The notes: generated by a model from the letters alone, not told the origin. A stretch of 64,000 nt of DNA from Eledone cirrhosa (GCA_964016885.1 OZ024743.1:246450001-246514000); one strand, 5' to 3'. Positions 51,253 through 64,000 are shown, numbered from the stretch's first letter. Made by a program: numbers and translations.

Positions 51253-53296
51253 GTATCAGTTCCACATAAAAAATACTAAAAGATATCCAAGTAAAGAAAT
51301 GCAACGCGTGTTAGATGTTTGGAACAACGGGAAAACAACACAAATTTCCCTCAACATCCATGAAGAAAGAATAAATGCAAAATCCAGAATCGACAAGTCA
51401 CAATAATTCAAGGCAGAAAAATTAAATGTTTTTTTGTTATTTTTTAATTGGAGAAGGAGATGGCGTCACATGATGCGTCTCAGACAATCAGATGGCTGCA
51501 TTGCGGAAAAGAAAGACAATTGGCGGACCAGACAGCCATTGTGAATTTTTTTTTTTTTTTTGTTAAACGAACAATTTTCAATTTCGTTATTTTCGCATAG
51601 TTGCAAGAAATAAAATATTAGTTTGGTCAATTTTTTTTTTATATGTTTCTCTAGAAGTTTTTAGAAGTTTTTCGAAGGTTTTTTTAGAAGGCCGTGTAAT
51701 GCATAATCGGGGTCAACCACTTTAGACGACGTGTATTTGTGTATTTATGACTTGCAAACATATTCAGAAGAATACGAATGGCTGGTGCGTGTTTGTACAA
51801 TCAGCTCCAAGAAAAATGCGTGTTGTCGCTCTGCATTTCTTTTGCCGGAGTGTCTGTTATTTTTATGAAGTCTGTTTGTGACGTCAGAGCTATCACACCA
51901 CAGGTGTTGCTTCGCTACAATCCCTCTTTTTTTAATAGTATTTTACGTTATATTTTGACGTTTATAGGCATGTTTATGGACCACGTCCAATATTCGCGGG
52001 TTTTCACTCTTCGCGGATGCTCTAGGAACGTAAGCCATGCTAATACTGGGGGACAACTGTATATATATTTGTTATGGTTATGGTGGAGCACAGGCTAATC
52101 ATTCATTAGTTTTCTCAATAAAAGTAGACGTCCATTAAATACTCATTTCAGATAAATTTATGCTGTTAATTTCAACATGAATGTTTTGTCTCATTTCTAA
52201 AATGTCTACAATATATGTCTACACTACTGCGCTGTAATATAGTCTCAGCAATTCATCAATGTTTGCTATTTCCAAAAATGACTGGTTGTATTGTTCTGAA
52301 GCTACGTTACTGCAACCTTTAACAGTGATAGAGAAACAGAAACGTTAGACTGCTTGACTAAATACTTTGTTGTAATTAGTAACGTTCTTCTATGTTCTGA
52401 GCTGAAATCCCACTGGAGTCAATATTGCCTTTCATTCATCAGGGTCAATAAAATACATTCTATCCCAACACTAGTGTTGATTAGTTTAACTATAATTCAC
52501 CACTAAAATCTGTGGCTTTGTGCCAAAGTTAGAAATTGCTACTAATTCAGCCTATATTTTCTCATTATGAAGATGTTTGGCTTAGTGGTTTGATTGTTCA
52601 GCTTTTAATTGTAAGGTCATGAGTTCGATTCCTGGTGGCATGTTGCTCTAGTCCACTCAGTTTGAAAAACTTAGTTGTACCTGTAATTCAAAGGACCAAC
52701 TTTGTCACACACTGCTTCACACTGAATCTCTTTGAGAATTGTTTTAAGGGTACCATTAAATGCTCAGTCACTTGCATGCTAGCTTCATGAGCAGGCTGTC
52801 CCATTCATCAAACAACAGTAACACTCATCATCAGAACTGAAAAAGGACCAACGATAATATTTTTCATTCAAACCCAGGCAACACTGCCCACAATGAGAGG
52901 AGAGGAAGATAAACAAATTCCAGGGTTTGTGTGATCACTTCCTTTTCATACCATCAAGTCACCATCAAGACCACTGGTGTTCTTGGTCCCTTGCAAGACG
53001 ATTTCCTTCACAAAATCAGAAAATCATCTGCCTACCTGAGGAAGGAGCTTTGCAAGGCTGGGTGGCTGTTGCAGTGAGTCTTGCTGGCCATTCTCCATGG
53101 CAATGCCTTCACCATTCTGTCTACAGGCACAGCTGAATCACTCTAACTGGGGTGTAGTGTCTGTCCACCTCCCTCTCTCCCTTTCCTTCATTGCTTCAAT
53201 CACTCTTTTCTTTTTCTTCTTTCCCTTTCCTTTTTCTCATTCAATTGAGACTGAAAGGTACAAAATTATGAATTGCTACCAATTATTTGGGGCTAT

Positions 53297-53476
53297 CGTG
53301 GATTGGCAGTATCGGTAGAGAGTCGGACGTCATGCTTTCCAGCATAGTTACGTCCCTTTACGGTCTGAGTTCAAATCCCGTTGAGGTTAACTTTGCCTTT
53401 CATCCTTACGGCGTCGATAAAATAAAGTACCAGTAATGCACTGGGTAATTGCTGGCCTTGTGCCTAAAGTAGAAAC
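53297..53476 (+). mobile_element. tRNA-derived SINE (same subfamily as 42209) with 16-bp TSD
   Basis: Near-identical to 42209-42391. TSD aattatttggggctat (53281-53296 and 53477-53492). Confidence 0.88.
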
Positions 53477-53587
53477 AATTATTTGGGGCTATTTTACCCC
53501 CCAAGCAATGGCAAGTACCAGATAAATACTGCCCAGAAATCTTTGAATAAACTGAGATAAAATTAATCTGTGGTCACTATAAGCTCA

Positions 53588-53900
53588 TATCATCATCATC
53601 ATCATTATTTTACATCCACTTTTCCATGCTTGCGTGGGTTGGATGGGTCTTTTCCAGCATGGTATCCCTCCACATGTGTTCTTTTGACATCTTTTCTTTA
53701 GCAATTTGATGTCAGCTCTCAACACTGCCACCTAGGTCTTTCTCTACTGCAGTTTCCTTCTACTTGGATCTCCTGGCACTTCCTCATCCATTGACCATCA
53801 TCCATATGCATCACATATCCATACCAGAGCAGTCTATATTGCACACTGCATCTAATTAATCTTATGTCCAGTTTTTTTCTATTAGTGTTAATGCTGTTCC
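53588..53900 (-). mobile_element. Old RTE LINE 3' fragment
   Basis: (CAT)n tail plus homology to the WYGHVM...RKTW region of the other RTE copies. Confidence 0.65.
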
Positions 53901-54107
53901 TAGTTCATACTAGCTTATCAAGCCCACTCTATATACAAACAAGCAAAATTCAATATATAAGCTATCAGCTTATCTGACTTGGTACCAAGAAAATAAATTT
54001 CCTTGATGATGGATAAAGATCCTAAAATACTAGCATTTGGCATTCTCGCATTATGACTTAAAATAGCCACAGCAAGATTTATGTATGTTTATTATACATA
54101 AACATAA

Positions 54108-54328
54108 GGGCAGTGGATTAGCAGAATCAGTACAGCATCAGACAACATGCTTTATGGCATAGGGTTATGCCCCTTTACACTCTGAGTTCAAATCCCACTG
54201 AGGTTAGCTTTGCCTTTCATCCTTACGGGGTCGATAAAATAAAGTACCAGTAACATACTGGGGATGATTTAATCGACTTTCGCCCACCCCCCAAAATTGC
54301 TGGCCTTGTGCCTAAATCTGAAACCATT
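54108..54328 (+). mobile_element. tRNA-derived SINE, longer variant
   Basis: Same head, B-box and body as 42209 and 53297, plus an extra ~30 bp (atgatttaatcgactttcgcccaccccc). Confidence 0.8.
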
Positions 54329-55208
54329 ATACATAAACATATTGTATATGCTTTCATGTATGACTGTATTCTGAATGATACTGTGTTAGTGCTACTGTTA
54401 TCTATAAGTGTTATATGCCCTGACATTAACATGAAAAAAGTGACTCCAATCTACCACCATCCTTGAACAATACAAAATACTGTCAAAACACCCAACCCCA
54501 ACCTATCTTGCCATATACATGCACTTAACATAACATTAAAAAAATAATCACCCCATCAGACCATACCCCCCCCCCCCCCCAACCCATTCAAATTACTGGT
54601 ATTGAGGTAATGGATACCATTACACTGTAGACATGATTTCTACATTGCATTCTGCTGAGTATTATTGTGAATATGACATTAAATAAATATTGATTTTTAT
54701 TGATTTATTTATTTTCGAGCTAGAATGTCCATTTTGTAGGGGAAGGAATACAGTTTACTTAATCTATCACAATGTACTGCTGGGGCTTAGTTTATTGACT
54801 TCGGAAGGATGACACCAAATTAAAGCCGGCAGCAAATAAAAGCTATAATACAAGCTAAATATTTGTTTCATTTCAATCAACAGAAAGGTTCCATATTTCA
54901 GGAGAGAAATAAATAAAAAATGTTTTGTTCATTAATTGTTTTTTTCCCCTTTTTCTTTTTTTTTTTTTCATTTTATATTGCAATTGTTGAATAATAGTGT
55001 AGCTGGTGACAGGTTTCCAAAGATTCAATTACTGGTTCACTGCATTTCTGACAACAAGAGTAACAATGAAATGACTACAGCTTGGTGGAGAAGAAATATC
55101 AGTGTTTTGTAATTTTTTCGGATTTCTCGTTGATGTTTATATCCTTCCTGAGATACTAACATCTTAGCAGATGTTAAAAGATGATCACACATGCACACAC
55201 ACACACAT

Positions 55209-55850
55209 ATCATCATCATCATCATCATTGTCATTTTTACATCCATTTTTCCATGCTTGTGTGGGTTGAATGGATCCTTTTCAGTACAGCATCTCTCCAC
55301 TTGTCATATTCCTTTGTCATCTCCTCTGTGAGTCTCAGTGATTTGAGATCAGCTCTCACCACCTCTGGCCAGGTCTTCCTTGGCCTCCCTCTACTACGGC
55401 TTCCTTCCACTGGGGTTTCCTGGTACCACTTCACCCAGTAATCATCATCCATGCACATCACATGTCTGTACCAATGCAATCTTCTCTCTTGCACACTACT
55501 TCAGATTCCTCTTAAATTCAGTTTCTCCCTCAGTCAAAGCCGTCTTAACGCATGAGCACGCTGGGCAGTTGCCCGGGGGCCCCACAAGGATAGGAGGCCC
55601 ATTTGTATTTTTATTCCTGTGAGTGGTTGTGTAGGTAGGGGCCCCAGTGCTCTGCTTTGCCCGGGGCGCTATAATGCTGTTAAGACGGCCCTGCCCTCAG
55701 TTCTTCCAAGCTCTGCTTTTCTCTTACATTTACATGGAACATTCAACAGAGAATAGTTTCTTCATTTCTCTCCTACCTACGCATGTCCTCTGAGGTCACA
55801 GCCCATATTTCACTACCATGCAGCCTCGCACTTCACACACAGGCATCATA
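55209..55850 (-). mobile_element. RTE LINE 3' fragment interrupted by a MITE
   Basis: QERRLHWYRHVM...VEGSRSRGRPRKTW.EVVRADL and a (CAT)n tail. Confidence 0.8.
55535..55693. mobile_element. 159-bp hAT-type MITE
   Basis: TIR CAAAGCCGTCTTAAC / GTTAAGACGGCCCTG, perfect 8-bp TSD CCCTCAGT, internal ggggccc motifs. Confidence 0.9.
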
Positions 55851-55974
55851 ATCTTCTTCTTCTTCTTCTTCTTCTTCTTCTTCTTCTTCTTCTTCTCCTC
55901 CTCCTCCTCCTCCTCCTCCTCTTCTTCCTCCTCCTACTTCTTCTTCCTGAGAGAATCATTGGGGAAGAGTTCTC

Positions 55975-56700
55975 AAACACTCCTTCCTGTCAGAAGCAAC
56001 CATCTCCAACTGATCCGGCTGGATCCTCAAGCGAGACCAACCAAGCTCATGAATGTTATCCTCCCATCTTGCTCAGGTCTCCTGCAGGTTGTTTTTGCCC
56101 GTAAAATCTGTCCAGCAATTCTTTCCTAAGACATTCTAACCACATTCCCATAGTATTGGAGCTGTGATCTCTCAATTTGGAGAAGTAGCAGCTCTATCTG
56201 GAGTACTCTCTGATCTCCAAGCTACATATCCTTTTGAGTAATGTTACTCCAAAGACCCTTCAGAGGAACCCCATTTTGGCTGTTTGTATTCGTGATCACA
56301 TTCTTTTGGTTATTACTCAAGATTCATAACCATAGGTAAGGGTTGGCACAAATACCGAATTGAAGATAGCGAGTTTGGCTTTTACACCTACCTCCCTTCT
56401 TCTGATTACCGAATGCTGAAGCTGGCACATTACTGCACCAGCTCTTGTAATTCTTGCACTTAATTTAGCCTCCTGCCTTCCATCACTCATGAACATGGCC
56501 CAAAGATACTTGAACTTCTCCACCTGCTTCAGTGGAACTCCATTCACATGTAGACTGCACGGGCTTTCTTGAGAGGACAATTGTCTCATTTTTCGCAGCA
56601 CCATTTTCATTCTAGCTATGCATCCTCGGCGTCAAACCTATCAATTGCAATTCGGAGATCACCTTCTGTTGAGTTAAGTAACGCCATATCATTTACAAAT
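55975..56700 (-). pseudogene. RTE/BovB-type LINE RT C-terminal fragment
   Basis: KFVNDMALL..TEGDL, VPLKQVEKFKYL..., KLAIFNSVFVPTLTYGYES. Confidence 0.78.
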
Positions 56701-56714
56701 TTCAGCTGACTGAA

Positions 56715-57793
56715 ATGCAAACTATGGGTACACAAGAGATGTAGTGGGATCTCAGGAAGTTTAGCTAAGAATGTAGGCTTTACATGTCGAGGTTGTACCA
56801 GGATAGTAAGCAGCAAATGACCACAGGAACAAAGCACTATCAAATTCTGGGAAGGCTTGGTATAAACAGTAGACAGCTTCTGCTAATTGGGTGACCAAAT
56901 TAGCAGTGGAGGTGGGTGTTCTGAAAGAACAGTAGCCAGTGTAAGAACTGAATGGAAGAAGTTCAGGGAGCTACTACCACTGCTAGCTATAAAAGGCTTT
57001 TCCCTCAAAATGAAAAGCAGACTGTGTGATGCATGCATACAAACAGCAATGTTACATGGTAGGGAGACCTGGGCACTGTGTGCAAAAGACTTGCATAGAT
57101 TAGAAAGGAATGAAGCTTGCACGCTCCAATAGATGTGTAATAGTAATATATGTGAACGGCAAAGCATAAACACACTGAGAGAGAAACTAGGCGTAAGAGG
57201 AATCAGATGCAGTGTGCAGGAGAGAAGATTGCATTGGTATGGACATGTGATGCATATGAAGAATAGCAGTTATATAAAAAGGTGCAGAGTGCTCAAAGTT
57301 GAGGGAAGCTGTGGAGTGGGGAGATCCAAGAAGACTTGGGATGAGGTGATAAAAGCTGACTTGCCCAATTGCAACTCTCAAAGGTGATGGCATGGGACCA
57401 AGAACTCTGGTGTTATGCAGTAACGACTTCCCACAGGCACAGGCTGAAGATGAAGCATATGTATAATACATGCCACCCCATCCCACCCACTCCCATACAC
57501 ACATCCAGTGAGGCCTCCAGCCCACACTGTAAAATGGTTGTGTAGGTGTCACGGCAAAAAGTACCCAGCCCACACTCTAAAGTGGTTGTGTAGGTGTCAC
57601 GGCAAAAAGCACCCTGTACTCACTGTAAATGAGGTTGGTGCTAGGAAGGGCATTCAACTGTAGAAACGAAGCCAAAATCATTTCTGTATGAGCATGACAT
57701 GGTCACCTCACCTAGAATTTCTCACAACAGGATAACTTGTCTAACCCATGCCAGTGTGGAAAAATGGACGTGAAACGGTGATGATGATGATGA
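56715..57793 (+). mobile_element. RTE LINE 3' fragment (same family as 10079 and 59060)
   Basis: WVHKRCSGISG..., GDQISSGGGCSE, LHGRETWAL, RRLHWYGHVM, 3' UTR and (GAT)n tail. Confidence 0.88.
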
Positions 57794-57899
57794 TATATAA
57801 AACTAAGAAAGAAAATGAAAAAGAGTGAACTAAAAAAAAGTTATAAAGATAAAAGGATAAAAACAAATAAATAAAAATTTATTTACAATTATATATATA

Positions 57900-58390
57900 T
57901 ACACCATGGATTTCGTCGTAGCCGTCACAATGTTGTCCAACGTGACCATTTAGGTCGCCTGCAATAATTATATAGTCACTGTCGGTTATTTGGGAGGTAG
58001 TGAGCATCAGTGTCTCATATAATCTGTCTTTTATAGTGCCGGGCAGTCCGGATTGGGGTGCGTATGCAGATATTACTGTCACCGTAGTTCTATTGAGGAC
58101 AAGTCGTATTTTAATTATTCTGTCGTTCACTCTATTTACGTCTATTATCTTATCTGCCCACTTTTCTGCTACCATGATTCCTACTCCACCCAGCCCATCG
58201 TCGTTTCCCACCCAGAAAAGCTTATAACATCGTTTTTTACCCTCAATGAATCTAGCAGACCCACCCCTCCACCTGGTCTCTTGAATACAACAAACATCGA
58301 CCTCCTTACGTTCAAGCATTTCTACAACCTCGTTAGCGCGACCCTTTAGGGTGCCTACATTTATGGTACCAACTCTGAAGTTTTGGATTG
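57900..58390 (-). pseudogene. RTE LINE apurinic-like endonuclease (5' part of ORF), inverted
   Basis: RVGTINVGTLKG, DVCCIQETRW, GVGIMV, ISAYAPQ, IAGDLNGHVG. Confidence 0.9.
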
Positions 58391-59059
58391 CGTTTGTAGG
58401 GTGGGGGCGGGGGGAGATGGGGTTATGTTAGCCGTCCGCGGTCGAAACAAAGAGGAGTGCTCGCATTCTCGTCCACGAGGTGAATTTGTCTTTATCTTTG
58501 GCATTTTCGCTGAGCGTCCAGATTTTTCTCTCTCTTCCACACTCCAGGATTCCGCAGTCCATCCATCCATCCATCATATATCGAAAGGCAACCGGGCAAG
58601 CTTATGATTGGTCCGCGTAATAATAATGGTGATGCGTGGGGGCTCTGGCTTATGATTGGTCCACGTAATAACAATGTTGGCGGGTGGGAGGGGTGTTGGG
58701 TAGCTAGCTGGAAGGTTAGGGTTGTATATGAGATCCTCGTGTTTAACAAGCGATTAACAAAAAACAAAAATACAAGATTTGTTCTGTTCAATACGACAAA
58801 AACTCCCGTATTTAACATAAATAAGAAAAAATACAGATTTGCTTTAGGAAAACGTTCGCTACATTTAGGATTTTGCAAGATTGGATGTTTGGACTAGGTA
58901 CGAAATGGAAATGTGGAGTTGATAGAAAAATGTGTACATTACGATTTACATGATATACCGTAGTGGGGACAGCGAATGAATTGGCGAAAGTGATTACTTG
59001 AAGGGAGATTTTATCTTATATATATATATAGCTAAGAGGGAGAGAGGGGGAGGGGGAGA

Positions 59060-60362
59060 GAAGAGAAGAAATTCCAAACATGGAAGCACGGCCTAGAATC
59101 AAAAGGACTTAAAATTAACCTGGCTAAGACTAAAGTTCTAGTTTATAGGAAAGAAAATAAGGCGGCGGTCCCTTCCGGGAAATGGCCATGCTCAGTGTGT
59201 AGGAAAGGCGTAGGTAGAAACTCCATTTTATGTCCCAAATGCAAAGTATGGGTGCATAAAAGATGTAGTGGGATCACAGGTAAGCTAACTAAGAACATAG
59301 ATTTTACATGTGGCCGGTGCTCTGGTGCAATAAGTAGCAGCAAGTGCCCACAAAATACTAGCTCTTTCAATTGCGCAGAGGGTTCTATAGAAATAGTGGA
59401 CAGCTTCCGTTACCTGGGTGACAAAATCAGCAGTGGGGGAGGGTGCTCTGAAAGTACAGTAGCTAGAGTCAGAACTGGATGGAAAAAGTTCAGAAAGCTT
59501 ATACCACTATTAGCTGCTAAAGGGTTCTCCCTAAAAATGAAAGGCAGGTTGTATGATGCCTGCATACGAACAGCAATGTTGCATGGCAGTGAGACCTGGG
59601 CATTGTGTGCAGAGAATATTCGCAGACTAGAGAGGAACGAAGCTTGCATGCTCCGCTGGATGTGTAATAGTAATATACGTGAACGGCAAAGCATAAACGA
59701 ACTAAGGAAAAAATTAGAAATAAGAGGGATCAGATGTTGTTTACTCGAGAGAAGGCTACGTTGGTATGGACACGTGATGCGCATGAAAGTCGATAGCTGT
59801 ATAACAAAGTGCAGGGCAATAAAGATACACGGTAGCCACGGAATAGGCAGACCTAGAAAAACCTGGGACGAGCTGATAAACTCCAACCTCACACACTTAC
59901 ACCTCTCCAAGACAATGTCATTGGACCGAGACCTTTGGCGGTACTCAGTAACAGAGAAGACCCGCCTTACCTAAATACATAGTAAAACCTACTACAGCCA
60001 GTAGGCATCTCTAACAAAATACACCCCGTCCCACCACCCCATCCACACCGCCCCTTTCAATGTAAAGTTATGTTGGTGCCACAACACCCAGGCCGAAACA
60101 AATGAGATCGTGTAGGTGTCACGACAAAAAAACACACAGTTCACGCTGTAATGTGGCCGTGTAGGCAACACGGTAAAAACCTCCCAGACCCACACTGTAA
60201 ATGTGGTTGGTGTTAGGAAGGGCATCCAACTGTAGAAAACCTGCCAGACAGTCCTATGCGAGCAAGACAATCACTCTTGCCTCAAGTGGGAATACCCCCG
60301 TCCAAACCCATGCAAGCGTGGAACACGGACGTTAAACGTTGATGATGATGATGATGATGATG
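59060..60362 (+). mobile_element. RTE LINE 3' part with open ORF end (to 59974), PHD-like finger, 3' UTR and (GAT)n tail
   Basis: GLKINLAKTKVL, WPCSVC...CPKC..WVHKRC...CGRC, FRYLG, LHGSETW, RLRWYGHVMR, GRPRKTW. Tail tgatgatga at 60340-60362. Confidence 0.92.
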
Positions 60363-61034
60363 ACACACATAATATATTTAGATATTTACATACTAATGGA
60401 TGGCCATTGACTCCCATTAGTCCCTCCACCCTTTGATAGATTTTGCTTTTTGTCCTGCAGGATGTTCAATAATTACCCTCCTCACCAAGCAAGCTTGGTG
60501 GGGTTTCTGGTTTAGTCACCAACAGGTTGTACTAGGGTAAATGTTACCAGTAGTGCTCGGGAGCAGCCTGTCACACAAACACACACATATATATTGATAT
60601 GACCACAGCAAGATTATCATCATCATCATTATAGTTCTTACATCAACTTTTCCATGCTGATATGGATTGGATAGGGCTTTTAAAGGCATTGTTTTACAGC
60701 CAGATGCCCTTCTCTTTTAGTCACTTCTTATGACACACAGGGATATGGTGTACCCATTCTAAACCAGATACATACAGCCAATATATGTGTGTATGATGGT
60801 TTCTGATTTAGGTACAAAGCCAGCAAATTTGGGTGAAGGACAAAATTGATTTAATTAGCCCAAGTACTTGACTGGCACTTTATTTTATCAGCTTCAGAAG
60901 GATGAAAGGCGAAATTCATCTTGGTGTGATTTGAACTCAGAATTTAAATGCTGCAATAGTATTTTAGCTAACACTCTACCAATTCTGCCAATTCACCACA
61001 CCTTTATATTTTTTATGTATATTATACATAAACC

Positions 61035-61502
61035 TCTACAAATGAAAGGTCAGCTGTATGACACTTGTGTGCAATGTGCTATGCTGTATAGTAGTGAGTA
61101 GTGAGACATGTGCAGTGAATGTAGAATATATGCAAAGGTTGATGAAAAATGAAGCAAGCATGTTTTGATAGATGTGCAATGTTAATATGCATGAATGACA
61201 AGGCAAGGATGAACTGAGAGAGAAAAACTGGGTATGAGAGAAATCAGATGTAGTGAGCAAGAGAGAAAATTGATATGGGCATGTGATGCACGTGGACAAT
61301 GATGACTGCATGAAATGTCACAAAATCCCAGTGGAAGACCAATGAAGACTTGGGCAGAGGTGATGAGAGCCTATGGTAAATTACTGAATCTCACAGAGGA
61401 GAAGGCAAAGGAATACAATAAGTGAAGAGATGCTGTGCAGAAAAAAGAGCCATCTAACCTATGCAAGCATGGAAAAGAGGACATAAAGTGGTGATGATGA
61501 TA
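61035..61502 (+). mobile_element. Old RTE LINE 3' fragment
   Basis: MKGQLYDTCVQCAMLYSSE and a degenerate WYGHVM region, with a (GAT)n tail. Confidence 0.7.
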
Positions 61503-61567
61503 ATGTGTATGAGTTAATATATATCTTCATTCTCAACCATGCTGTATTAGGATACGCACACATATAT

Positions 61568-61713
61568 AGGCATGGCTGTGTGGTTAAAATAATTTATTTT
61601 TGCAGCCATATGGTTTCAGGTTTCATATCACTCTGTGGCATTTATAGAAAATGTGTTCTATAGTCTAGTATTGGCCAATATATTGTGAGATGAATTTAGC
61701 AGGCCCAATGTAA
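61568..61713 (+). mobile_element. Degenerate tRNA-derived SINE head leading into the 62-bp array
   Basis: ggcatggctgtgtggtta A-box-like start and a degenerate B-box ggtttcatatc. Resembles, from memory, a common octopus SINE. Confidence 0.5.
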
Positions 61714-64000
61714 GTGTGAGTGTGTGTGTTTGTATGTCTGTATCTGTGTTAAATTGCTTGCAAGCACTACTGATTACGTGTGAGTGTGTGTTTGTATGTC
61801 TGTATCTGTGTTAAATTGCTTGCAAGCACTACTGATTACGTGTGAGTGTGTGTTTGTATGTCTGTATCTGTGTTAAATTGCTTGCAAGCACTACTGATTA
61901 CGTGTGAGTGTGTGTTTGTATGTCTGTATCTGTGTTAAATTGCTTGCAAGCACTACTGATTACGTGTGAGTGTGTGTTTGTATGTCTGTATCTGTGTTAA
62001 ATTGCTTGCAAGCACTACTGATTACGTGTGAGTGTGTGTTTGTATGTCTGTATCTGTGTTAAATTGCTTGCAAGCACTACTGATTACGTGTGAGTGTGTG
62101 TTTGTATGTCTGTATCTGTGTTAAATTGCTTGCAAGCACTACTGATTACGTGTGAGTGTGTGTTTGTATGTCTGTATCTGTGTTAAATTGCTTGCAAGCA
62201 CTACTGATTACGTGTGAGTGTGTGTTTGTATGTCTGTATCTGTGTTAAATTGCTTGCAAGCACTACTGATTACGTGTGAGTGTGTGTTTGTATGTCTGTA
62301 TCTGTGTTAAATTGCTTGCAAGCACTACTGATTACATGTGAGTGTGTGTTTGTATGTCTGTATCTGTGTTAAATTGCTTGCAAGCACTACTGATTACGTG
62401 TGAGTGTGTGTTTGTATGTCTGTATCTGTGTTAAATTGCTTGCAAGCACTACTGATTACGTGTGAGTGTGTGTTTGTATGTCTGTATCTGTGTTAAATTG
62501 CTTGCAAGCACTACTGATTACGTGTGAGTGTGTGTTTGTATGTCTGTATCTGTGTTAAATTGCTTGCAAGCACTACTGATTACGTGTGAGTGTGTGTTTG
62601 TATGTCTGTATCTGTGTTAAATTGCTTGCAAGCACTACTGATTACGTGTGAGTGTGTGTTTGTATGTCTGTATCTGTGTTAAATTGCTTGCAAGCACTAC
62701 TGATTACGTGTGAGTGTGTGTTTGTATGTCTGTATCTGTGTTAAATTGCTTGCAAGCACTACTGATTACGTGTGAGTGTGTGTTTGTATGTCTGTATCTG
62801 TGTTAAATTGCTTGCAAGCACTACTGATTACGTGTGAGTGTGTGTTTGTATGTCTGTATCTGTGTTAAATTGCTTGCAAGCACTACTGATTACGTGTGAG
62901 TGTGTGTTTGTATGTCTGTATCTGTGTTAAATTGCTTGCAAGCACTACTGATTACGTGTGAGTGTGTGTTTGTATGTCTGTATCTGTGTTAAATTGCTTG
63001 CAAGCACTACTGATTACGTGTGAGTGTGTGTTTGTATGTCTGTATCTGTGTTAAATTGCTTGCAAGCACTACTGATTACGTGTGAGTGTGTGTTTGTATG
63101 TCTGTATCTGTGTTAAATTGCTTGCAAGCACTACTGATTACGTGTGAGTGTGTGTTTGTATGTCTGTATCTGTGTTAAATTGCTTGCAAGCACTACTGAT
63201 TACGTGTGAGTGTGTGTTTGTATGTCTGTATCTGTGTTAAATTGCTTGCAAGCACTACTGATTACGTGTGAGTGTGTGTTTGTATGTCTGTATCTGTGTT
63301 AAATTGCTTGCAAGCACTACTGATTACGTGTGAGTGTGTGTTTGTATGTCTGTATCTGTGTTAAATTGCTTGCAAGCACTACTGATTACGTGTGAGTGTG
63401 TGTTTGTATGTCTGTATCTGTGTTAAATTGCTTGCAAGCACTACTGATTACGTGTGAGTGTGTGTTTGTATGTCTGTATCTGTGTTAAATTGCTTGCAAG
63501 CACTACTGATTACGTGTGAGTGTGTGTTTGTATGTCTGTATCTGTGTTAAATTGCTTGCAAGCACTACTGATTACGTGTGAGTGTGTGTTTGTATGTCTG
63601 TATCTGTGTTAAATTGCTTGCAAGCACTACTGATTACGTGTGAGTGTGTGTTTGTATGTCTGTATCTGTGTTAAATTGCTTGCAAGCACTACTGATTACG
63701 TGTGAGTGTGTGTTTGTATGTCTGTATCTGTGTTAAATTGCTTGCAAGCACTACTGATTACGTGTGAGTGTGTGTTTGTATGTCTGTATCTGTGTTAAAT
63801 TGCTTGCAAGCACTACTGATTACGTGTGAGTGTGTGTTTGTATGTCTGTATCTGTGTTAAATTGCTTGCAAGCACTACTGATTACGTGTGAGTGTGTGTT
63901 TGTATGTCTGTATCTGTGTTAAATTGCTTGCAAGCACTACTGATTACGTGTGAGTGTGTGTTTGTATGTCTGTATCTGTGTTAAATTGCTTGCAAGCACT
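61714..64000. repeat. 62-bp tandem array, ~37 near-identical copies, running off the right edge
   Basis: Unit gtgtgagtgtgtgtttgtatgtctgtatctgtgttaaattgcttgcaagcactactgattac. After the first unit only one substitution was seen (62336). Confidence 0.97.

Larger units (their letters stand above)
47078..51919 (-). mobile_element. Full-length Ty3/Gypsy LTR retrotransposon, frameshifted
   Basis: ~200-bp LTRs at 47078-47278 and 51721-51919. PBS TGGTTGACCCCG after the 5' LTR, PPT GGAGGAGGG before the 3' LTR, imperfect 4-bp TSD ctcc/atcc. Confidence 0.95.

Noticed and set aside
61714-64000. CRISPR-like array suggested by the palindromic unit
   Set aside because: Units are identical with no unique spacers.

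Overview
Repeat-dense, AT-rich animal genomic DNA with no intact host gene. The SINE and RTE families resemble those of cephalopods (Octopus-like), which is an inference. The window opens with a ~10 kb GT-skewed compound satellite and ends in a near-perfect 62-bp tandem array that grew out of a SINE. Between them lie decayed or nested transposable elements: RTE LINEs with a PHD-type finger, a full-length Buster-type hAT (TIRs plus TSD), Naiad-like Penelope retroelements (RT plus GIY-YIG), two CRE-clade non-LTR elements (one with an N-terminal PHD finger), a full-length Gypsy LTR element, a Helitron helicase remnant, MITEs and tRNA-derived SINEs. The strongest signal not shown by the ORF track is a cluster of type I hammerhead ribozymes at 22.8-43.4 kb. 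Seven have an intact CUGANGA/GAAA core and three are core variants. All were folded by eye, and each lies within about 125 nt of a (TA)n or (TA)n(GA)n tract, as expected for Penelope pseudo-LTRs. Most have very short, often palindromic stem III, and several unrelated copies share an unusual U-U pair at the base of stem II. One possible host first exon lies at ~44.3-44.45 kb on the minus strand.
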